Assembly (NCBI GenBank): GCA_047495785.1
Contig: JBLDXI010000038.1
Span: 496,001 to 560,000, forward strand
Length of the DNA: 64,000 nucleotides
Direction: 5' to 3'
Source of the DNA: Lepidodermella squamata
Lineage: Eukaryota > Animalia > Gastrotricha
In this document: one piece after another, positions 28,989 through 45,204 of the stretch
Numbering within the stretch: the first letter of the stretch is position 1
Layout of the letters: each line of letters starts with the position of its first letter
Translations under genes and position numbers: made by a program
The notes under the pieces: model-generated
Databases searched by the model: none
Told to the model about the DNA's origin: nothing
Seen by the model: only the letters and a program-made list of their open reading frames with translations

Positions 28989-31019
28989 TTAGAAAGACCA
29001 AAAAGCAATACATGAAGTAACAATGAGTAGCATTCTTGTTGACAGATAAACACTGCTGTAAGCAGAGTTCATAAAAAATGGATAGAAAAAGTCAACGGGC
29101 AGGAAGTTCTCGATTTGCCTGGTCGGAGCAATGACTGGCGTTGGCGGCTGAAAAATATAGGTTTCGGTAGACATAACAAGTGAGTTCAGATTTGTTAAAG
29201 CTTACCAATGAGTAGTCTTCAAAAACTACAGCAAATTTTACGATTACAAAAGGTTTCGAAGAGCAGAAAGCGTCGGAGCATGATACAGAGTATTGCCTAG
29301 GTGGATCAAACTCGTATATTGCGTCGATTATTTGAGCTTGAGGATTACTAGCAGAACCAGCATTAACAAAGCTAATTCTCAATGTGACCCCTGTTTGCAG
29401 ACTTTAATAATTATATTAAATATAACTGATCTTTTGAAAATAAAAAAGCTTCACTTTTCACAAAACCCAGTCTTGGGATCGCCAGTTACGGATATGTCAG
29501 TGAAATTCGACCGCAATGGAATCCACTCAGCAGGAAGGGAAACGTTTGAGTTGCCGTATATTCCGATTCGATCATGCTGTAGTGTTGTCCCCATCAACAC
29601 ATTTTTGATCGCCAGTTGGGTAAGGGAGCACGTCTTTTCGAAAGAGATCATGCAGCTACTAGAAACACTAATTCCAAACCGCACCGGCATTCTTCGAGCC
29701 AAGGAGCAATCGCTTCCTGGAGCATTATCAACACTGAGACTTGTAAGCCACTCGCCATTAGAGACCGGTAAATTGATACGATAATTTGGTTTAGATGTAC
29801 GCGTTGCCAGAACAGAATCTTCAGTGAGGCGCATTTCAAGCTTGCCGGCTAAAATCGGTTTGCCAATAGTGTAGCCAGGTCGGCCACTCGATTCTGATAT
29901 GTCTGAATTGATATCGCTGAAGTGAGTAAAGGTCACTGAGAATGTTTGTCGATAAGTTGGCGAGTCAGAGCGTGAAAAGTTGCGCAGAAATACTTCAGCC
30001 CTGACTTCACGGATGCCATCTAGATTCGAACCATTGTAAGAGTATGCAATAACCCATGAAACGCCGGCAACTAGATTTACGCATTTGTCATCTGAATAGT
30101 ATGCTGTGCTCTGGTCTGAAAACAAGGCGGGGCATGGTACAATAGCGCTGGTCGTTGAACTTCTGCAAAGCGTTCTCACTGGGACTGTACTGTTCTCTAC
30201 ATAAGAAGCGGAACGACGAAAATCAGCAGTCATGTAATCAGATAGTTTCGCAGCATAACTAGCATCTCTTACAATACGATACCCCGCGTTGTATGTAGTA
30301 TCGATCAACCACGACGGTATTTGCTTCGATTTGCAGGCGCTGATGAATAATTCGACGTTTTCAATATCGTGCCAGCAACTGAATTGCTCGTTTATGAGAA
30401 ATGTGAGAGGTCGTGGGCCAGAGCAAAGCCCACTCGCGGCGGCATTAGGAATGTTAAAATAGCCTAACACGCATTTTTCATTGGCATTTGCTGGATCGGA
30501 CCGACAGACGTAAACAGGATTACCGCGATGATAATTTTCAAGATCAGAATGTCCAGAATTATCCATCAATTTGACAAGAGACGGGTCATCTTGATTGTTT
30601 ACGAAATTGAATCTTGTTTGTTGGTCAACATTAGTGAGCGCATCGGGAAGAGGAGAATCGGATTTTTTCGGATAATTGTCATAATCAATACAGAGAACGT
30701 CAGTAACGGACAGCTCCAGTTCCAAAATGGGAATATGGTATAATGGAACAAACGGCTGCACCTCGTTGCATTTGCGGTTTTTTCTGATCTCGCGCTCCTC
30801 AGAGCAAAATTCAAAAGATGCAACATCTTGCACAGTGCAGTCATCGTCGCAACAGCAGTTAAGTTCGCAAACTGTGGTATCTTTGTCACACAGGCAATTA
30901 GAGGCATCACGTCGAAAATACTTAGCGCTCGTTTCGTTTCCAATTGGCGTGACGTCACCTACTGCGCAATTATTAAATAATGTTATCAGAACAAGCACGT
31001 AATATAAACTATACAGCAT
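28989..31019 (-). CDS. TCTN: Tectonic family protein (paralog A), 3 exons
   Basis: Signal peptide MLYSLYYVLVLITLFNNCAVG, CLCDKDTTVCELNCCCDDDC, SGRPGYTIGKPILAG, PVRFG, and LPVDFFYPFFMN plus a hydrophobic tail. The ATG at 31019 follows a TTAG acceptor; 31091 is an alternative start. Confidence 0.92.
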
Positions 31020-31610
31020 TCTAATTAATAAAAAAATTAATAGTTGCATAAGTAAATGTATTCTCAATTCCCGTCGGCTTCTTGTAGGCATGGCAGTATG
31101 TATTTTTAATAAGAGACATGTAACAGTTTCAATTTCAAATTTAATGGTAAAAAGTAAAAAGCTATTTTTGGTAGGAAGAATTCATTGATGACATAGACTA
31201 AACACATATCACATCGGATGCCGACTAGCTTCCTGTGCTCATGTTTATCTCTCAATTCTGCGTTAGTTTGTCCCAGTTTGAGATTCTCTCTAAAGAAAAT
31301 AATGTAACCCTGTTGAATCTGAGCAATGGGCAGCGATCGCTCTGCATAAGCGTGTCGCGTAGTGCGCGTAGGCCATGGCAGCTCAAAGGATACTCAAAGG
31401 TTGTTAAAGACGAGCCTCCTCAGAGAGACAGCTCGCGTATGATCCACAGCGTGTGTTACAAAAGTGCAATAAGCAATAAGGGCTGCAAAAAATCAGGAAA
31501 TGAAATAACGCTAACATTGGGGAAAAAAAACTGATTATCTACCATATACCGCGACTACTCAACTCAGATTCTACTGGCTTTCATGGGGAAACATTTCTGA
31601 CGCCATTGTT

Positions 31611-31625
31611 GTTGCCAAGGACAAC
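31611..31625. promoter_or_regulatory. Candidate RFX X-box upstream of the tectonic cluster
   Basis: GTTGCCAAGGACAAC resembles the palindromic X-box GTTGCCATGGCAAC. A second half-perfect site, GCTACTCATGGCAAC, lies at 31900-31914. Confidence 0.45.
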
Positions 31626-32741
31626 ATCAACTTACGAAAAACGCGCATTTTTACATCTTCACAGTTTTAAATTATTTAACTTAAAAAAAGTAAAATTTCA
31701 ATGTTGAAAAAATTGATCTGTCTAATTTATAAAAAAATGATATTAATACGCTTTAAAATAGAGGGCACCAATGAAGCTCGGTTCAAAAATCAAACCGAAA
31801 ATCTTGAAGTCGATGTGATACAACTCTGAAAAATCCGAAAACTGAAAATATGTTATGTAGACCGATGTGGAGTTTTTGGAAATCTTTGCTCGCAAGTGGG
31901 CTACTCATGGCAACAACACCAACAACCAACAGCAAACGCCTTTCTTTATTGACCGAGTCAAAAAACAATTTCTAAAGCAATTGTGAACTAGTTTAAACTG
32001 GCTGAAACTGAGGAGTTTGAAGGCCGACCCTGTCCTGATTTTTAGCACTAACGGTACCAAATCCCTTCGCATGCAGTCCCTGTAGCCTGTACCCGCTGCT
32101 GATGGCTGATGACGCCGACTGTTTTACTGGCTCCGATTATATGTTTCGAGCGCAAGGAATCGACAGCAACTTCGACTTATCCTGTCATCATTTCTTATAA
32201 CCGCTGTATTCCGGTTAGCTTCGACAGAGAACATCACGTGGACTTCTCTCAGCAGGAGAAGCAGTCCAGGGTCCATGCCTTCGCCTTGCTTTTAAACATT
32301 GTTATGTTTTGCTGACGACAGCGAGGCCAGTTCTTGTGGCTTCATCACTTTTTCCGGTGGCATGTCTTTTAGTCTTTTCCGAGTATTTCGACGCGTTTAC
32401 AAGTGTCGCTGCTGCTTGATCTCCTCCTTATTGTGCTTATTGTCACCCCAGGCCGGTTTACTCTTCATTCAAGATTCAAGATCATAAAATAGCGATGATG
32501 ATGGCTTTACCAAGCTCAGGGTTTCGCCGCTTTTTATCTAATCATCGTCATCATCATCATCATCTCATCCTCATTACTTGATTTCTCGTATTGCATCAAA
32601 ATATAGTCATTAAAAAGAAAACAGAATATATAGTATATAGCAATATTTGGATCGAGCGCGAAGGTAGGCGTCCGGTCGTAATCTCGGAGAGGAGTTTGAC
32701 TTCTTCTGTTAGCAAGATTATCGGTTCGCCCATGTAGAAAT

Positions 32742-32870
32742 GAGAGCGAAGTACGTTATAAGCGAGGTCAATTGACTTCACTGTACTCCCTTCGAGCCTG
32801 CCATTTTGGTTCGTTATAGCAAATGTTCCTTATAAGTATACCCCATTCGTTATAACGATTCTGCACTGTA
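32742..32870. mobile_element. Remnant end(s) of a pogo/Tigger-like MITE
   Basis: Repeated (TT)CGTTATA(A) subterminal motifs and two CACTGTA ends (about 32785 and 32870), which read TA-CAGTG on the minus strand. No matching second terminus was identified. Confidence 0.4.
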
Positions 32871-33647
32871 GATCATGGTGGATACAAGCTGTAATTTCAC
32901 CTACCTACTGTTTATTTGGATATCGGATCACGAATAGGAAGTGAAGAATACAGCTTATAAGTATAACGCTATATTACAGTGGGTCCGTTACTGTAAGTCT
33001 CTACAAAGGCAATTATTTTTAATTGAAGAAGTATTATTAAGTGGTTATTAGTAATTTTGTGGCCAGAATGTTTATTCCTTAACAATAATGAAAATGAGCT
33101 TTAGTAAATAGACATATTCTGCCTGGGTGGGACATCAGTTTCCGCCTTACCTGTTGCAGGGACCGCGTCGCCAACGGCAGCGCAAAAAAGTTACGTGTAA
33201 GTACATGGTCTTGGTGTACATGGTTAACACATTATGTCCGAGTAGCTTACAGCAGAGCTGTGCTGTTATGTGAGTTCCTTTTTCTTCCGTACCATTCTCT
33301 CAAGGGAACCTTTCGACGAGCAGATTAACATTCCGACGCGTTCCAAAGGCGCAAAGTTAGCTCGGTTCAGGATCCTCGAATTGCTCTCTTCATTGAAACT
33401 CATGTAGCATACGACGGTTGCAGAAGTCCTGATTTGACCTGTGTTTTTTGTGGAAGCGCCGTAATTTTCTCATTTTTCCTTCATGGAGGTCTTACGCAAA
33501 GTCACAGCCTGAGTTGAGGAGAATTAGGTAGCCAAAAACAGCGGTGCAACTCTGCTTCGGTCTTATTAACATCAATATGCTCGTGTGTAATTTTTTAAAA
33601 TTTTTTTGTTTTTTTATAGTGTTATATTCTGTCTAAATATTGACAAC

Positions 33648-36465
<2,818 letters not shown>

Positions 36466-37409
36466 TTCTTATTTATATTACTTTTCAAGTCTCATTTGCC
36501 AATATGATGATCATTTAAACAATTGGATGAACAAACCAGCTGATATCAAGTTAAAGATTGTTGAATATTCGACAGAAGGCCCCGGGGCCTGGTGCCTCGC
36601 ATTCTCATATTGCCTGCTTAAACTGAATTTCAATGTCTTATAATGCCTGTTTTTTCAGCCTTCGAATTTGCGATGATAAACCTTTCATCAGCGGATTGTG
36701 AGCGAAGCTGGATATTCTAGCAACGAAGTTTCTTTGTGTTTTTTCATTATTCGTTGTCTCGCATCGACTCAATTAACGGCTAGTCATGCTTCATATGGGT
36801 AACTTGTCGTTTTTTCAGCGCGTTTTTATGCGCCTCATCAAATCTCATTTCTCATTATCGTATTGCTGGCGAATTGCGCTCATTGGTGGCATCTCAATAC
36901 GTAGTATGTAAAACTGTGGCCAAGTGCAAGTAATGAACAGCATGTTGTAGCACACCGTATTTCCATAGTATCAGGATTATTTCTATTTCATTGCTCTTAT
37001 TTTGTACATTTTTGATGTTTTGTGGTGCATTATACAATCATTGAAGCTTTGTGAGAGATCTACTTGAGTTGCCAATTCTTGTAAAAATTGCCATTGCAAT
37101 TGGAATAAAACTTCGTTATTTAAAAGCCGAGGTTCTATTGCCCTAAAAAATCAGTGGAAAGTGGTTCGTCGATAACTGAACAGGATCAGGATTAGAGACT
37201 GAGCAGGAAAATGCAAGCTGATTATGCAACTGGTTAAACAATGTCGCCAAGGAAAATAAAAATACTCCACCTTAACGCAAAAAATATGTTCTATTAATGA
37301 TCGGACACAAATTTATTTTAATCGAAATCACAATCACAATTATCGACTGAAAGTTCTAAAATTATCATTTGAAAGATATAAATAATCATGCGAAATATAA
37401 GCGCTTCGT

Positions 37410-39284
37410 TTATTGCTGCTGCTGTAGACGGCTGCATTCTGCGGCGAACTCAGCCAGCAATTTCGAGTACGTTCGCTGTGATTCCAGCAAAGCAGCCAAC
37501 TTCTGTCCAGCCCGTAACAGCATGTCATTGGCCGTTTTCTTGCGTTGTTCTGCTTTTGCTTTCGATTCAGCCACCGATGCCGCGGCTGCTTCGATCTGGC
37601 GCAGCAGATCAGCAGCAGCTGCATGGTTGGTCGACGTGGGTGTCGGGAAAGCTTTAGGATATGCTTGGATAAGCGAATTCAGGAGGTCAAGTTCTCGATT
37701 GACGATCAGCCTGCTGTCATCAACAACGTTGTAGCGACGGTACAGCTGTTTAGTTTGACGATGAAGCTCAGCAATTTGGTCAAACAGCTCCACGAACCGA
37801 CGTTGATATTGCGCAAGCTCAGTTCGCGACGGAATTTCGTCCAATTTACGCACCATAACAGCGACGCGACGAGCTCTTTTAGCCAACGCCAGTCGAGCAT
37901 CAGCCAGCCGCTTCTCCGCAATCTCGACATTTTCACGAAGCTCACCTGAATGATTTTGAAAAAAATGAAAACGAAGCAATATAAGTATCCAGGGACTCAC
38001 CAAGGCGATCTCCGCCGATTCTCTGACCGGCAGCAACTGCTGCTTCAGCCTCAGCAACTGCAGCGGTCAGTTTTTCATGTTCGGCTCGCCAAGTTGCTTT
38101 CGATTCCTTTTCGATTCTCTCTAACGCCGAGCGTTCGTCCATCAGAGCGGATAGCGTTTCAAGAGTTCTAAATTTTGCGATTAACATAATTTCATCAAAA
38201 AAATGAAAATTGTTGCTTACTCTCGATGCTCGCCGGCCCAAAGCGAATTAAGCTCAGCCAGGCGTCGACGAACATCCTCAGCCGCAGTTGCCTGCTCGTC
38301 GCGACGCTTCTGCGGTTCAGCGTTTTCATCTACCAACTTCTGGCGCTGTTCGTTAGCTTCAGCTATCTTACGCTTTGTCTCCTCAATATTTTCCGTCAAC
38401 ATTTCAATCTGCTTGCCAACCGACAGTTGCTCCTCGCGATCGCGACCGGCTGCCTCGAGTGCTTGACGTCGAGCGGCCGCTAGTTGACGAAGGTCGTCAG
38501 CAGCTCCGACTAACGCGCTGCGAACAGCAGCACCGGTTCCTGGCTGCTTTTTCGAGGACAGTGCCGCCATTTGCCCAAGAATCTGCTGCTTCCGCTCTTC
38601 ATCCATCGCATCCGCCGGCGATTCCTGCTGCTGTTCCGCTGCTTCTTTCTGAGCACTGCCGACCAGCGATGACGAGTCGCCATATTCCATAAGCGTCACC
38701 GAAACGCGCATTTCCTCTTGGAGAACTGTCTTCGGGTCTGCGTGGCGAAAACGGCGAGTCGGCGGGAAGGCGTTGTCAATGTTCGAAACCGTGGCGGCCG
38801 CCTTAATCGGAACTTCATCTTGACCGAAGACACGTTGACGCTGATAATCGGCTTGTTTAGCCATGATATCGCTCAGCTGCTGTCGGGTGTCGACCGCGCT
38901 GCGAACTAACCACTGAACAGCCGGAAAGATGGACTTAAAATCAAGACCTTGGAGCTGGTGAGGTTCAAGCAGAACCGGGCAGCGCATAAGCCGAAGCACG
39001 CGGACGACTTTTTCGGTGAGTGCAATTTTGGTGCCGATAGTCGCGTTTTCTTGGAAAAGGCTGTCCAAATCCACGTCAATGTCTACGTCGCTGAAACTGA
39101 TAGCCCACGCTATGCCGCCGACAACACGGTCAAACGGCGACAATGCCTTGATGCGAGCCCGGAAGTACCCGGCTGCCACGAGCAACTTGACAATATCATC
39201 GAATCGCCGCGCTTGCTCTTCGTCCTCGCGTACATCAGCAATGCCTGAGCGCTGGTTGGGCGCCGACTCGTCAGCCACTGTCAT
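37410..39284 (-). CDS. CCDC93: Coiled-coil domain-containing protein 93 (CCC/Commander complex), 3 exons
   Basis: DVREDEEQ, LLVAAGYFRARIKALSPFDRVVGG, LEPHQLQGLDF, LDEIPSRTELAQYQRRFVELF. Confidence 0.95.
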
Positions 39285-39701
39285 TTTCAACAGTCGGTCA
39301 AAAACACAATCCTAGACAAAATGTGCATATTTATTTTAATCATCATTAACAAATATTATGATCTCTTTTTGGCTCTCTGAGAGAAGCGTAATCACCAATG
39401 TTCAACGTCGATATCTGACTTCCGTAGAGAAGTTGCTTTCTTTTTCGTATAAGCTCAAAACACGTCACAACCAGTCGTGGAAGCCTCATTGCGTGAGAAT
39501 ATATTGGATGTTGCGAGGAAGTAAAATGGATGCTGCCCGCGTGAGAAACGAGAAGTAGAAAAATAGCTATGAATGATAAAACCAAGATTCAGACGACGCC
39601 ATGATCGTAGAAAAAGCAGAGGAGCTCCACAATAGGAAATCGCGGAAATGTAAAAACCAGCAGTTGTACAAATCAGGTGAGAGTAGCAAAAAGGCACAAG
39701 C

Positions 39702-39732
39702 AGAGAGAGATAGAGATAGAGAGATGGAGAGT
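39702..39732. repeat. (AG)/(AGAT)-type microsatellite in a 3' UTR/intergenic region
   Basis: agagagagatagagatagagagatggagag. Confidence 0.7.
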
Positions 39733-39842
39733 GAAAGCGATACACATACACACGAGCGCATTGATTGATCGATTAATCAATCTCTTTCGTCATAACAGTC
39801 TTGACACCGGTTGGCTGCTGCAGGTTATAATCAAACCAGCGG

Positions 39843-42800
39843 TTAGAAAACATTCGCCGACGCACCGCTTGTTGACTGGATCTTCACCACCGAGCCATCC
39901 GGCCCACCCATCGTATCGTAACCGTTGTCAGCTTCGATGCCTTGATTCGTAGCTTCACCCGTAGCACCGCCGGCGGTGCGGTTTTCAAAGGAAACGGTGC
40001 GGGATAGTCGAACATGCCGCATCTGATCGTGGTGTCGCCTGCGGTACTTGACGAAGAAAAAGCCAGCCGCAGCAATGCCGAGTAGCACGAGAACCAGCAA
40101 AGTAACGCCGAATCCGATCGCGACCGACCTCATCGAGTTGTAGCGCTGCTGCCATGCTAGTGTATCGCTGTTGAGAGCCGTGGCATAGCGCGAGTCCGCC
40201 CCCGATGAGCCCGTCAGCAACATAGGCGAAGAACCAATCACCATCGGTTTGTTTTTGAAGGTTATGGACGCCAGAACGACAATGTAATAATCGGTCGACG
40301 TGTTCAACGGAATGGTAAGTTGACGCGAGTTGCCGTCCATCTTAATTCGATAAAATCGAGTGAACGCGGCCGAGTTGCCACTGGCTGCGCGTCGGTAGCA
40401 AACCTCGAAATAATCATTCGGAGAGTCGCCCAGGTCATTTGACGCGGCGACAGGCACGCGAACGGACCACATGACCGCGGCAAATGCATTCGAGCTTCGG
40501 GTGACTGAAATAGTCACAAGTGGAAGCGGTTCGTCGCTAGTTGGATTACGAGTAGCCACGTCAACTGCAGCCGATCCCTTTTCAGGGTCCGAAAAGTTGT
40601 AAACATTCATTGAAGTGACAGTGATGCGGTAGGTTACATCGGGTAACAGCCCTGTTCGCTGATAGTTAAGGCGTGGAATCTGAGTGATATGAGCTGACGT
40701 CGACCAGAACAAGTTCGAATCCCCTGAAGAAACCTCAGTGAAGTCCGTAAACGGCGAGCGAGGATCCAATGTTGATTCGTAAGTGACCTTGAAGCGAGAC
40801 AAATAGTCAGATTTCGCTGGCGGGATCCAGGAAGCATTAGCCGTGTAGGGACCCATGAAGACTTTGAGGTCGCGTGGAGCGCTAGGCAGACTGTCAGCAA
40901 GGGCACACTTTGCCATTGCTTCGAGACATCTCGCCTGTAAAATGTAGGAGCGCGATGCAACCGGGGACTGGTGTGGGCACCTGCAGCCGTCTAGATTGCG
41001 CAGCGCCGCCTCGCAGCAATCGGGATCAAGCATTTCAGACAGCGCCGCAATATTGACCGATGTCATCGGCGAGTCGGTCTGCCCAGATGGACCTGGCCTG
41101 GTTGGTATGATTAGCGGGTATTTGGTGGCAGCGACCGTAGGCACGGTTGGGCGTATAAAGTCGACTGCAACTTCGCACGTGGCGCTCCCGAAAATGTTAG
41201 ATGCGTTGCATGTGAACGACGTAGATTCCATCATAGAGGCTAAGACCTGGATTATCGAGATTGAAGTGTTGCCTGAGAACGTTGTACGCGGGTACGAACG
41301 GAATGGCGTTGCACCTTGGTACCATCGGAATGACACTGGATAGCCGGTAAAAGAGCAGTTTATTGGCACAGTTGCATAGTATCGCGTAGGTAACGTCAGC
41401 TTTCGGAATGGCAGAGTAGCAGACGGTTCGGACAGTACTTTGACGAAACGTGTGGATTCGTAGTAGGTCTTCGTAAAATTACTCTGAACTCGACAAGTGT
41501 ACTGCCCAGACATATTGGCCAGTATCGGGTTGATCGTTAAATTCGTCGCTCTTGGGGTTGGCGTGGCCAACTGAACACGAGCGGGAGAAAGCAATTGACC
41601 CACTGTTGACGACGGTGATGCCGAGCGAATGCTGAATGTTTCGCTCATCGGGCCAGGCGGCGAATACCACCAAGTCACGTTACCGAACGCGAACTGAGGC
41701 GAGCAAATCATGGACAACGATTTGCCGTTCGGGGTATATTCACCAGGTGACAACAACATAGTGACGTACATCGATTCTCGCGAGGTCGAAAAAGTTACTT
41801 CAGACGAAGGCAAACTGATCGCGCTTCTATTCGATATCGCGACAACCCATGCGCGATACATGGTCGACGGGCGCAAGTCACCAACTGTCACAGTCATCAT
41901 GCCAGGGTCGATAATGGTCACAATGTCGTTTTCATCATCACTATCGTCGTCTATAGTCGGGTAGCTGGATGGAATCGCCGCGCTGATGTTGGTCAACGTT
42001 CGAACGTCTGTGGCGTTTGGCTCCGGGTAATAAAACAGCGTGTAAGACGAAAGGCTTTCGGCATTTCTGCTCGGCGGCAGCCACCTCAAAATTGCGGAGA
42101 TCGCCGCGGTGGAAACAACGGAAAGTCGGCGTGGACTTGACGGAATCGAATTGAAGCGGCGTTGATAGCAAGATATGATCATAGGCATAACAGATATGCA
42201 ACTTCTCGGTACCGTGGGTCTTTGCGTCGCAGACGTTGTGCATAGGTGTAGGCACTCGCTTGGAACCCCGGTGTTCACGCAGCAATCCCTGTTGCCCTGG
42301 TTTGCCGCGGGAGATTTGTCAGCCGTAGACCAGCAAGCGAGTAGTTGTGGCACATCGTCTGGGCAATGCGTCAAGCTGAGCGCTCGAACGTCGGTACATG
42401 CTCCGGAGCACGAGTCAGTCAATCTGATGCTACTACAACACGTCGAGATATTTGCCATCCATTGCGAGAACGGAATCTTTTGGAATTCGACAACGGACGA
42501 ATTGCTCGAATCATCTGGCGCAGTTATGAACGAAATTTCGTTCGACGCAAGACTTTTACCGGCGCTATTGACTGCAAAAACGCGGAAAGTGTAACGCGAT
42601 CGAGGGTTCAATCCGTGAATGAGACGTTCGTAAACTGGGACTTTGGGTGCCACGGCAATTGAGTATTCGGTTTCAACCTGGTCATCGAGTCCAGTCCAGG
42701 CTGATATCAGGAATGTTGAAAAGGCTGGAGAGTCGGCGGTCGGTGGACGCCAGGACACCACGACCGAATGAGCTGTAATGTTGTAAACATCGAGAGAACG

Positions 42801-45204
42801 AGGTGGTTTCGGAATAGTAGCCCAGCCTTCACGAATGCATTGCATGATGGTTTGGCTAAATGAAACACAGACGGCTTGATCTCGACCGATATCACGGTAG
42901 TTGGGCGACACGGCACACACCCGCAGACATTGGTTTGGAATGCCTTGACGAGAGCAGCACAACGAGTGATTTCTGCCATCAGCAGCACACGCAAGCACTT
43001 TGTGAAAATCAGCGTTTAAACACGAATAAAATAGCACAGGATCGGCTGCGGCCATGGCGGATGTGTTGGAGAAAACATCAGCGTTGCAAAACTTCATGCA
43101 CTCAGACTTGACGCCAAGCATCGCGCAACACGAAGGCAGATCAGGCTGGGCGCCCGACGAGTTGGTCACTTCAGCGACAGGCAACGTCGAGAAATCAATG
43201 ACCGAAGTCAACCCTGGTCCACTGGCGCTTTCAGCCCAGACAGTAGCAACGTAAGGCTGGTCCGGATCTAGGCCACTCACAACCATTCGAGTATTCGTAG
43301 TCGGAATAGCTTGCCATTGCATAGCATCCTCCTCGAGCGAAGACGGCGCAAGCGAGTGGGGCTTGATCAGCAGTTTGTACCTGAGGACTATCTTTGCATT
43401 GTCAGTTGGGGGAGACCAGTCGAACGTCGCCGAAGTCGTCGTAACATTTGCTACAGTAAAATTCGCTGGAACTCCGGGAAACAACTGCTTCCCCTCGAGA
43501 AAGCAAGCATTCATTAAGCCGACATAACGCAAGCAAGACGCATGCTCAATGCCGAATGTTGGCGCATTCGGGGAGCAAAAAGCTTGGCAGTTGGTCGGGA
43601 TACGACGCATTTTACAACAATTTGCGTGATCGAATTGGCCAGATAAGCACTTAAAAATCGGCTGCAAAGCATCGGAACACGTGAATGCTACGTTGCCGTC
43701 CGTAATATTGCGCAGCTGTTCCGGTGTGTGTCGCGCAGTACAAAATAATTCCATGCAGTCGGCAGGCACCCGGGACCTCGCGCAACAGCTACCAATAGAT
43801 CGGTCGTCAGTTTCCTATTTATAATGAAAAACTTCGTAAATTATCACCAATTCGGTCAAAAAATAACTACCGTTGGTTTAAAATTCGGCGGAGTAAAAAT
43901 GTCTGATATGAACGAAGGAGCGCTAGAACCGTGAGATGATATTGCTGTGACGTAAACAGCGTAGCGAGTGCCAGGCGTCAAACCGGCTAGTTCCATTTTG
44001 GTATCACTGGTCAAGCCAGGAGTTATTTGGAAATCATTGTCATTAAAATTTTCGTCGTCACTGGCGACAGGTGCAACAAAAACGCGGTACTTGATTTGCG
44101 ATTCAGCGTAGAAACCAGTTGTAGACGGAGGAAGCCACCGCACGAGAATCGAAGTCGACGATAACGGTGTCAGTGAAACACTTCTTGGTGGGTCTGGAAT
44201 TGTGTGCTGGCCTTCCTCCATGCACCGCGTAATCGAAGAAATTTGAGGGAAACAACGCAGAGATAATGAAGCCACCCTGCCCAGGCCGAACGATGTTAAA
44301 TTCGCGCCTGCTGGCGGGGTGCAAAAATCGAGGCAATCGGCGTTTACGAACCGACGAATACAACACGGAACGTGGTTTCGCTGGTCCGATGCACAGTACA
44401 CAAAAGTTCCCAGGTGCTGCATGCATTGAACGGAAGCAACGATGTCGTAAGCACTCCATGTCGACTGACCGCTGCAGAGTTTTTGACAAGTAGCCGATAC
44501 GTTCATTCTACGACAGCATTCTAATCAAAAGAAACGAGCCTGCTGAATCACGCAATAAATTAGACGGAATTCTGACCTTGTCTCTCGAACAACATAGTGG
44601 ATGATATACCAACTGATGGCAGAGGGCTAGAAGAGGTGCCGTTGATTGTTAAAACTGCCGTTTGGATCAAACGATTTCCAACGCCGGAAAACACTTGACA
44701 GCTGTACGTGCCAGCGTCAGCCACGGTCGTATTCGAAATTTGAAGGTCGAAATGAGTGGCCCCGCTCTCTGTAAACAAATCGGAGTTTTACATATTCGCT
44801 CATAAAACAAAGATTTGTCAGACCTGATCTTCCTAAAATTTTGTAGCGCTCATCCATCATGAGCAGCGTCTTGTTAACAGATAACACCAGCCCATGGTCA
44901 AGAAACGTCCATATCACGCGTTGGGCCAGATCAGCTTGTTGTAGAACGCACTTGAAAGTTGCCGTTTCGCCAGTTTGAACAGACTAGGCGGAAAAGCTAA
45001 CACTTGAGCGTATTTTATTAATTGCAATTTTACCACAGATTTAGGTCCCTCCATTATTCTAGGAGCCGGGTCATTTTGCTGCAGCCAAGGCAACACCAAT
45101 TCTAGATGGAAAAATCTTGTATGAACCAGAATAAATAAAAATTATTCAATCTTACGTGCTGCTGAAGGTGCCAGGAAAAATAAGAAAAATGTCCGATGGA
45201 ACAT
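39843..45204 (-). CDS. Type I membrane protein with Ig, cysteine-rich DB modules and fibronectin-III repeats (IGDB-like)
   Basis: A signal exon (MFHRTFFLFFLAPSAA) and an Ig domain are followed by alternating DB (CASDQRNHVPCC, CAADGRNHSLCC) and FN3 units, two more Ig-like units and further FN3. A TM helix (VAIGFGVTLLVLVLLGIAAAGFFFV) precedes a short tail. The terminal exon is about 4 kb. Confidence 0.88.
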
